Source: Bugula neritina
Lineage: Eukaryota; Animalia; Bryozoa
Direction of reading: 5' to 3'
DNA length: 64,000 bases
Assembly: GCA_964035545.1 (NCBI GenBank)
Contig: OZ037765.1
Location: 23,435,504 to 23,499,503, forward strand
Position numbers and translations under genes: made by a program. Under the pieces are notes generated by a model, which was not told the DNA's origin, made no database searches, and saw only the letters and a list, made by a program, of their open reading frames with translations. Shown here piece after piece: positions 55,731 through 64,000 of this stretch (the first letter of the stretch is position 1; each line of letters opens with the position of its first letter).

Positions 55731-56731
55731 GATCTGCTGATTCTAGTTTATTTCAGAATGACTTAGACCATCTTATAACTTGGGCAGACAGTTCTCAGAT
55801 GAAGTTCAATATAAATAAATGTGAGCATATGACAATTCAACGCTCCACTGTAAATCCTCTAGTGTCTCAATACAGCATGAATAATGACCCCTTACAATGT
55901 GTTGACAAAGTATTATACCTTGGTGTCACGATTGATAATAAACTGTCATTCGATCAACATATAATAAACATTTGCTCAAAAGCTAATAAATTATTACACA
56001 TGCTGATGCGCTGTCTAAAAAAGGCTAAAAGTAAAACCAGAGCCATAGCTTATAAAACAGTCTGTCGCCCTATACTAGAATTTGCGACCCACACCTGGTC
56101 TCCATTTAAATTGAAAAACATCAACATCATAGAAGGTATAAATAGAAAAGCCTTCAGGTGGACATTCTGTAAGAGAAAACGAGATCATATAACTGAGCTC
56201 ATGACAAATTCTAATTGGGATAGCCTTGCACAAAGACGTGATAATGCAGACCAAAAAATGTACTTTCGTATGCTTTCTGGTAGTGCCGCTATAGACCAAG
56301 ACCGGTTCTCCCTTCATTTTGCAGAGTCTCACAATACCAGACATGGTGCTATTAAGGGCAATATCAATACCAAAACTGCCAAACATTCATATAAACATCG
56401 CATCCATAAACTTTTCTAATGATTCTAGCTGCTTTGCCTAACTGATTATAAACACTTTACACCGACTCTGCTTTATATCATCTGAAGCTGTGCGGTGTAT
56501 ATTTATTTACTTTTTTTATTTTTTTTTTTTTCTTTTTTTTTCTCTCCTGGCAGTAGCTAGCTATTGAGCTTTGAATCAAAGCATAATTAACTATATTCTT
56601 ATCTCGTAGACAAAATGGTTTTCTTCCTTACTACTGATAATTTAAACAATTGTTCATACACCACTGCATCTCGATAAAGGAGCCAAAGCGCTCCGAGTGA
56701 GATTAATTAGATGAGATGAGATGAGATGAGA
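55731..56731 (+). mobile_element. 5'-truncated non-LTR retrotransposon (CR1/L2-group LINE): RT C-terminal part, 3'UTR, (ATGAG)n tail
   Basis: Open frame FQNDLDHLITWADSSQMKFNINKCEHM...YLGVTIDNKLSFDQHI..ICSKANKLL...AYKTVCRPILEFATHTWSP...NWDSLAQRR to a stop at 56419, typical of the LINE ORF2 thumb/C-terminal region. 3' stem-loop GGAGC-caaagc-GCTCC (56679-56694) and an (ATGAG)4 tail (56711-56730). No YADD motif or endonuclease is present. Confidence 0.9.
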
Positions 56732-57170
56732 TTGCCATTAACTTCAAACTATTAAATAAATTTTAATCAATTAACCAATTTATCAAACTTCATTTGCTAT
56801 AATTTTTATTAACTTTTAAAGTCAAGCTAATGTAAAAGTAATAATCATTTAATATAAAATTAAAGCAGTATTTTTCAGTACATTTACTAACAAACTTTAA
56901 ATGTATAAACTATCTAATTTTATGGCATAAGTAATAAAACTTATTTCTACTTTTTAGGCACTGTGGGGAGCTTTTGTTTATCTGTTTCTAAAAGTAGATT
57001 GTACTAGGTCCAGTGTTCTTTCTACTCCTACTATTATTGTTCTTCATTACTGTTAGTGTTAACGTTGGTGATGCTAGCAATAACTAATTTAATACTCATG
57101 CTTATTAGTTCCATTAGTTGACTCAGTTTTCTTTTTCAGTCAGTAGCATCAGCTAATCTCCCACTGAAAA

Positions 57171-60100
57171 ATGGATTTTGGACAGTTGAAATCAAAACGG
57201 CGAACACTCTCTTCAGCTTTTAATGTGTAAGTTATACTTATTCCCAGTATTCTTCATGAATTACTTATTTGAAGTTACTGTTAGTCACTTAGTAAACAGA
57301 CTTTCATTTCAAGTCTTAAGGCTAGTTTTCATATTTTTGTAACTGAATATCAGCATGAGTTTTTGATGAAAATTTGAATGTTTACTCTTAAGTTCAACTA
57401 ACTCCTTTATCAAACTTATTGGCGGTTGTTTTGATGTTACCTAGTAAATATTTTTCCTAAGATTACAATCTGATCAACAATTCAGTGGCGCAAATAGCTG
57501 AACCATGATTCAATTACTAGTCACAATTATGGTTAGATACTAGATAGGATTTTTTCATAGTTTAGCAGATGCCTATTATTCAGGTTTTGCTGTAGGAATC
57601 CTGAAATAAAGAAAAGTGTAAACTTGGATGGTGTAAACGGCTTTCATGCGTTCTACAAAATGCCTCCAAGTGGCTCTATTACGTTGCAACAGTTTGAGTA
57701 CTATGCTTTAGAAAGGCTCAAAGGTCAGGCAATAATTTTCTATATGAACCTGTAAAGTTTCAATTGTTCGCATATCATAGTCTCATTTCTAATTTCTTTT
57801 TGGTTCAAATTTATTAATAATTTAATTTTTTAATAAATGAATGTTTTCCAGATGAGATAGCCTACATTACCAAAAAAAAATGTTTGGTTCTCCTGTAGTT
57901 TCAAGCTACATTGTGTCAATAAATTTTGGTTATTTTTATAGTTTTGAAAGCCATAGAGTTGAACAATGTACTAAAAGGGAAAAAGTTCAAAGAATATTGT
58001 GATGAGATGAGAGATGAGTTTAGAAATTTGGGATGGCAGTTTCTTTGTACCGTAAGCATCAAAATATTACTCATAGTTGTTTCAAAATACTAATCAGTAT
58101 TGAATTCAGACATAATGACTGCTAGCAAGTTTTATATACTTGGAATTTTATCTGAGCATTGTACACTCTACTTAAAAACATATATGCTTTTGTTTATGTA
58201 TTTAGGACCGGCTCAGCAAAGAAGACGAAGAAAAGGATTTGGTTTCACATCACATTCTCAGACTAGCATATGCTAAATCGTAAGTAATATACTTTCAGCT
58301 TCCATGTTTTGTTTGTATGAAAACTCGTTGTTATAAAAGATCGAATTCCTAGTGTTTCGAAAATCTTTTTGTCCCTATGGGGTTTATTCTATTCAAGAAA
58401 TTAACAGGTGATTTGCGTAGTTTGTTTCAGAAGCTAGCATTTTGTATTAATTTGTAAAAAACAGACTTGTTTGTTCTTCTCTGTGTGACTGAATACAGGA
58501 TAGAACTGTTATCTAAGTGAGTTTCATAACCTTCACTTCTGCATGTTGTATTTTCACAGAGAAGGCAAGCGTCAATGGTTTATCACTCAGGAAACTGAGC
58601 TTTTAAAGCTGCGAATGATGTTCAGTAATTCCTTGCTGAATCGACTCCTTGAAGTCAATCAGCTGAGTTCAAACCAGGTCAGTTACACTTGTCTTTTGCT
58701 TCTGCCTCATAGTTATGTGATCGTATGCTATCCGCCAAAATTAAATATAAACTTATATATGGTTACTCGTGTAACCATAGACTCCTTGTTTGTTCAAGAT
58801 CCAATTGTAGTTTTTTTAGATATCAGTATGGTGCCTTGCCTAAGCAATGTTCCTATTTGAAATTCTTTGAAATGCCTAATTAAAAGACTTGTGTGGAAAT
58901 TGGTTGTAGTATTTTGCTATTTCTAAAATAGGTGCCTGCAGAGGAAATCAACAAGTTGATGGTTGAGCTGAGAGGTTGCCAAACTGGTTTCAATATGGCC
59001 AATGCTGTCTATTACAAGGTGTGTGTTTCAAGGAACTGTCGGATATTTCTCCAATCAGTACTAGCATTGAAAGTAAATGTCTAATATTGTGTTCTGTAGG
59101 TAGACTTTGAAGAAGTTCTGCAGTTGGTGTCAAGCAGGAAAGTTTATCTCTCACAAGGCTTTGCCTATTTACCAGCCTCGGAACTTCAGTCTTTTGTGCT
59201 GAATAAATACAAAATACATTTGAAAGAGCAGCTCGCCGTAAGTACATGCTTTATTGTATCATCTGGTCAGTTTAAAAAATGTTGTCCAGAATGATAATAG
59301 AATGAGACCCAAGAAAAAAATTACATATTGGTTGTTTTTAAGCTGAGCTTTTTCTATTTTAAACTTCTCAATATTTTGAAATTTGTGTTCTATAGTGTTG
59401 AAATAAAATGAAAAAATATGAATGATACTCTGAGTTTAGAATACTTGAGTAACAATCATTTGATCCCTCATTAAACTACTCAAACTTTCTTCAGTCATAG
59501 CCAATTTATTGTTAAAAATGTTTCTTCTTTAGTCATGGTTAAAAGTTTGTCTTTTTTGTAGATGGCTTGTAAGTTAATGCCTGGCCTGGAGGAAGAAAAT
59601 CGGATTATGAGGCAGTTGAAGGCATTAAGTGGTGGTGATTTGGGCACTGGGTACACAACTAAAGCAGTGGGAGACAAGATTACTTGCGACATGTTGGACC
59701 AGGTGGGTCTGACTGAGATATGATAGGCACAGAAAGTTTTTACACGTAGCTTCAGAAACTTTTTACAATTCGATAATGAGCTAAGCATTAGATTTCACTG
59801 TTCTGTATGTTTAGATTAAACTTAATTTTATTAGGAAGATGTTTATTGTCGATCACAGCATTACTGTTACTTTTTTATAGTTGAGTCTGCGTTCCTACCC
59901 ACTGTGTATGCAAACGTTGCACAACCACATAAAGATTAAGCATCACGCTAAACATGAAGGTCGTATGCAGTATGGTCTCTTTCTCAAAGGGATGGGAGTA
60001 TCCCTAGAGGAATCTCTTAAATATTGGAGAACTCAGTTCTGCAAAGGTGGCATAGACACAGAAAAGGTTTGTGAATTATTTTAATAATAAAACATTACAC

Positions 60101-61545
60101 ACCTTTAGGTATGTTGAAGTATTTTACTATTTCTGTATATGCTGTAAATATGGTCTGGTACATTGCATAATTTTTCATGTAATTTAGGTTGCAAAATCTC
60201 TCACTTCAAAATCTTCCTTCACAGTTTGATTATCATCAATAAGGCTTGTATGTAGCCTTATTTTACTCTTTCAACAGGCACTTACAAATAATATACATTG
60301 CTTAGCATGTAACTCGTTCGCCAATAACAAAGCAGGGTTCACATTCTTGTTAAATAGAGAAAGTAATTTATGGCTTTACATGACTTAATACAATTTTTCA
60401 TAAGAAATGCTGTACTTTTGGTTGATAATTTTGTTTTGCTGTACAGTAAAACTGATGATTTCTTGTCTGCTCAGTTTGATAAAACCTATGCTTACAATGT
60501 GAGACACAACTATGGTAAAGAAGGGAAAAGAGCGGATTACTCCCCGTTTAGCTGCATGAAAATAATATCTTCTTCTGAACCAAAAGGAGATGAGTGTCAT
60601 GGTAGGGGCTGCCTCTCTTTCATTTGTTTAATCATAGAATAATTTCTTCCATCAATAATAGCGCGACTTATGTATTAGTTAAATGCTACATGGGTTGTTT
60701 AAATAAGAAACGTGTGTGCTAATGTATGTCTAAAGAGTTGAAGTGTTAGCTTCTTCATTTTCAGTAAATTACAGAACAGTCTGTAAATATCATTCTAGGA
60801 TGTCCTTACAAACATAGCGATGAGTTGTCATTGAGACATCTTTTAGAAAAAAGAAAGATTTCTGCTGAGGCTACAGAAGAGGTAAATAATAATTATATGC
60901 CATTACTTCTTCATGTCACTTGGTGTGCCTTCAACATATTTAATTAACATATTTGAATAAACATTGATAAGTAGCCTAACTTAGTTAAAACCTGTTGTGT
61001 CTTTGAAATAAAATTAATTTGTTTTCAGATACTGGGACTGAAGAGACAAGGTCATTACCAAGTAGCCTGTATGTCTCTTTTCAAGGCTACCCATCCTAAA
61101 GAAGGGTTGCATGGCGGCCTCCAACACCCTAACCAATATTTTGAAGAAAGTCAAACCATACTTAGTGGCAATTCAGAAACTTCTGACTCTAGTAAGTTTT
61201 GTCTAGTTTTGTTTATTCAACAGTATCTAAATATACAAATTCTTAAATATTTGCCATGATTGTTGAAAATAAACCGACATTATTTTGTTGGGATATATTT
61301 TGTGCCAAGTCTAGTGCACAAATTATATTTCATTTCTGGCAAGTAAGGTATATGCTCAAAATCTTGTTATGGCTTTGTATTTTATTTGTTTGAATTTTAC
61401 CAATCAGATATTTAATAGTATATACATTAACATTAATTCTTTAGAAATGAATGCAGAGTCAAGTGAAAAGGAAACTGCTGGAAAATCCAATGACAACAAA
61501 GAAAATATTCAGGACATTGAAGATGAGTTTGATGATGAAATGTAA
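57171..61545 (+). CDS. PRIM2: DNA primase large subunit (p58)
   Basis: 13 phase-consistent exons: 57171-57226, 57596-57723 ([24 protein letters not shown]), 57942-58051, 58206-58279 ([13 protein letters not shown]), 58560-58677 ([14 protein letters not shown]), 58932-59018, 59100-59237, 59562-59703, 59881-60066 (SYPLCM...[19 protein letters not shown]), 60475-60601 ([26 protein letters not shown]), 60799-60881 (GCPY), 61030-61191 (HYQVAC...HPNQYFEES), 61445-61545. All four 4Fe-4S cysteines are present. Confidence 0.96.
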
Positions 61546-62308
61546 TTTATTTTAACTTTACTTAATTGTTAGAATTTATATAATATATTTACAAGTATTG
61601 GTTTTCAGTAATTTCATAAACTATATAAACCTAAAATATATATGTTTTATCCACTTCTCATACTTTTAGGTGATTTCTTTAAAAATTATTGTTCACATTA
61701 TTTACATTGCTAAGTTTTTTGTCGCTCAAAGTTATAAAAACAGTGACCACATTTTTACAACACCGGTTGTAATATTAAATATGTAATATGTTACATATCT
61801 CAGCAGCACAAATTGTGCAAAGATTTGTGCAAAATTGTGACAAAAAGAGTAAGCTGATGCAAAAAAATGAAGGATAATACCAAAAACAAGGTTAGCTAAA
61901 ATATATACATCAATTTATTACACAATAAATTAACAAGCCTAATAACACTATGTTGAACCCTAATGTAATATTCAGATAATCAAATAACATCAGCAGCTAA
62001 AAGAAAATAGTATACCTATGAAAGAAACAGTAAAATTTTGAGAGAAACCATCAGCTAGGATAAATCTAGAAATAACAGAAACAGCTGATTATGCTAAGAA
62101 CTATAGTGAAAACTTGAGATTAAGTTGTTCAATATTTCAGGGATGCAAGTTACAAGATTATTAAAAATAATATTAAAACAATTGTACAACCACCAAGAGC
62201 AGCTAAGTAATCAATAGAAAGCTCAAATAAATGCATCATATTTGGTAAAATGGACAGTCCGTAGAGAGGCATAAAATTATTTTACAATTTGATTATCCAG
62301 GAACACTG

Positions 62309-63781
62309 CTACACGGTTTCTTGCTCTCCAGGCTGGCTGTATATGTTTCTCCAATCTGTCTTCACTGGTCTGCACAAACCTCCACACTCCACCTCCATAA
62401 CATCCACACAATTTTGTAAAATGCCTCGGCTACAGAAACAATAAAGTATTGCATCATTAAAATATCGATTGCCTATTACTAAAATAAAACCACAAAAAAA
62501 TAGCAAGTAGTTTGATCTATTGAAAAAGTGATATAGTAAAATGGCAGGGGAGACTTGGCAACAGTTGCTTGTGGCAAATTGTACCGCAGTCTAACAATCA
62601 TGTAGGTTTTGGTGATAACATTGTCATTGTATACTAATTACAAAAAATGCTGCGCCGAATAAAATCCATTAAATTTCCCCACCTTTAGGTGTTTCGGAAT
62701 TTATAAACAAGTGTGAAGTGGAGTCGTTGCAAAGTAACAACATGACATATTTTAAAAGCTGTAGTTGTCCAATTTTCGCTGCTAATGGCTATATCAAAAC
62801 TGTAAAAGTCACTTCAACCATAGCAGCAAACCACAAATGTAGTCATTAAAATTTGCATTTGTGCACTTAAATTTTAAATTTAATCAATTCATTAAGTTAT
62901 CGACTTTAAAAGTAGAATGTGTTAGATGCAGTTCTGTACAATAATTGTGCACTTGCAATACCATACTGACCTGTAAGGATTGTAAAACGCCGAGTTTTTA
63001 GAAAACTGTTTATATCTATATAAATTAATTCTTTCATTGGTTGTAAGTCCTAGATAGATGGTCTGCAAAATAGAATTATGTATTGCAAATTAAGATCTTC
63101 AGCATAGACTGTGTGATAATATAATGATGCTACAAAAGTATATATGCTAGTCTAATGTAAAATTAAATATTGACCTGATAAAGCATGTTTCCTAGCAACA
63201 CCCCAACAAACAGTAAATGAATGCAGCAATTTAGGAAAATCCAAGTCACCCATGGACTGCATCTTATTCTGTCCACAGCAATTTTAACCCACTTGTCTTC
63301 ATCTGTCGCACAGCCATTTCTCCAGACTAAAACACAAACGAATAACATTTGCCAGAAAATGTAAGATCAAAATTCCTTTAAAAATTAGTTTTGAACTTTT
63401 TAGTGAAGCCACAATTTAAATTAGACATTCTATTTCAGTATTGCTAAAAGGATTTAAACACAATCTTCTTTGGTAACAATTTAGAAAGGTTGATTTATAA
63501 ATACATGCACTAAAAGCAAGGGGGTTTTACCTAAGACAAAAAGTGGTATATGATTAATGTCACAAGAGTAATTTTAGATAATTTAGCTCTTCAATATTAT
63601 TAGCCATATTTTTATAGTTCACACAATTTTAATAAAGGTATATTGAATAAATTGTAATCGTTTAATGACACCAAAACGTATAAGAGTTTTCACCTACATG
63701 TCACACAGCCATAGGCGCACCACAGAATCATTCCAATCAGATAACTTAAATAGAGAATAAAGTGTCGAGTGTTAGAAGCAC
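62309..63781 (-). CDS. ZDHHC17: Palmitoyltransferase ZDHHC17/13 (HIP14)-like, last four exons; gene continues beyond the window
   Basis: Exons 63781-63698 (GASNTRHFILYLSYLIGMILWCAYGCVT), 63326-63175 (CSPWVTWIFLNCCIHLLFVGVLLGNMLYQ), 63062-62971 (IYLGLTTNERINLYRYKQF...NPYS; TTxE motif) and 62429-62309 (RGILQNCVDVMEVECGGLCRPVKTDW...QETV*) follow the HIP14 C-terminal pattern. The DHHC motif itself is outside the window. Confidence 0.88.
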
Positions 63782-64000
63782 CTGAAACATAAGAAACAAC
63801 ATTTTTCAAAGCTAGCCTGAAATTTTTACCATCGTGTCAAATTCCAGATCAGCAAGACTTCTGAGTTTTAGGTAAAAGCATATTAAAAATTTATAATTAA
63901 AGTGGTGACTTTTTTGTATTACATAGAGACATCCTTCTTCACTGTTGAACCTATTGGTTCGGCAATGAGAAGGGAAATGCAGTCAACCATTTGAAATGTA

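Noticed and set aside
55799-56419. 206-aa ORF as a standalone gene or novel RT system
   Set aside because: It is the C-terminal part of a 5'-truncated LINE ORF2, lacking the catalytic YADD region. The antisense ORF 56075-56386 is a shadow.
47380-56731. SINE and nearby LINE as a partner pair
   Set aside because: Their 3' ends share no visible similarity (T-rich end versus stem-loop plus (ATGAG)n).
22296-63781. Functional gene cluster (iron protein, Fe-S primase, membrane enzymes)
   Set aside because: The genes are unrelated and in mixed orientation; eukaryotic adjacency alone is no evidence of a shared system.
63921-64000. Further ZDHHC exon at the window end
   Set aside because: It does not encode the expected DHHC-CRD sequence, so I treated it as intron.

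Overview
AT-rich eukaryotic genomic DNA with GT-AG introns, most likely from an invertebrate metazoan (lineage is inference only). The single-ORF track mostly catches exon fragments, so I rebuilt genes by hand from splice sites and reading phase. Six intron-containing genes are supported, in order. (1) Nuclear factor I (NFI, minus, ~28-15556; 3' end uncertain). (2) A two-lobed GPI-type melanotransferrin-like gene (plus, 22296-28514) whose iron-ligand positions look degenerate in both lobes. (3) A FAM151/menorin-family type II membrane protein with an extra beta-rich C-terminal domain (plus, 31518-35324). (4) A large uncharacterised LRR+LRRcap protein (minus, 36575-52209) with an RFX X-box match near its 5' end. 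(5) DNA primase large subunit PRIM2 (plus, 57171-61545). (6) The 3' part of a ZDHHC17/13 (HIP14)-like palmitoyltransferase (minus, from 62309, running off the window). Mobile DNA: a tRNA-Thr-derived SINE with a 19-bp TSD, a hAT/Charlie-type MITE with an 8-bp TSD, and a 5'-truncated CR1/L2-group LINE. There is no CRISPR array, operon or other prokaryotic system. The best leads are the candidate ciliary LRR gene, the apparently iron-blind melanotransferrin, the menorin C-terminal domain, 3/6-bp periodic tracts at gene 5' regions, and possible NFI autoregulatory elements. All are hypotheses from manual reading.
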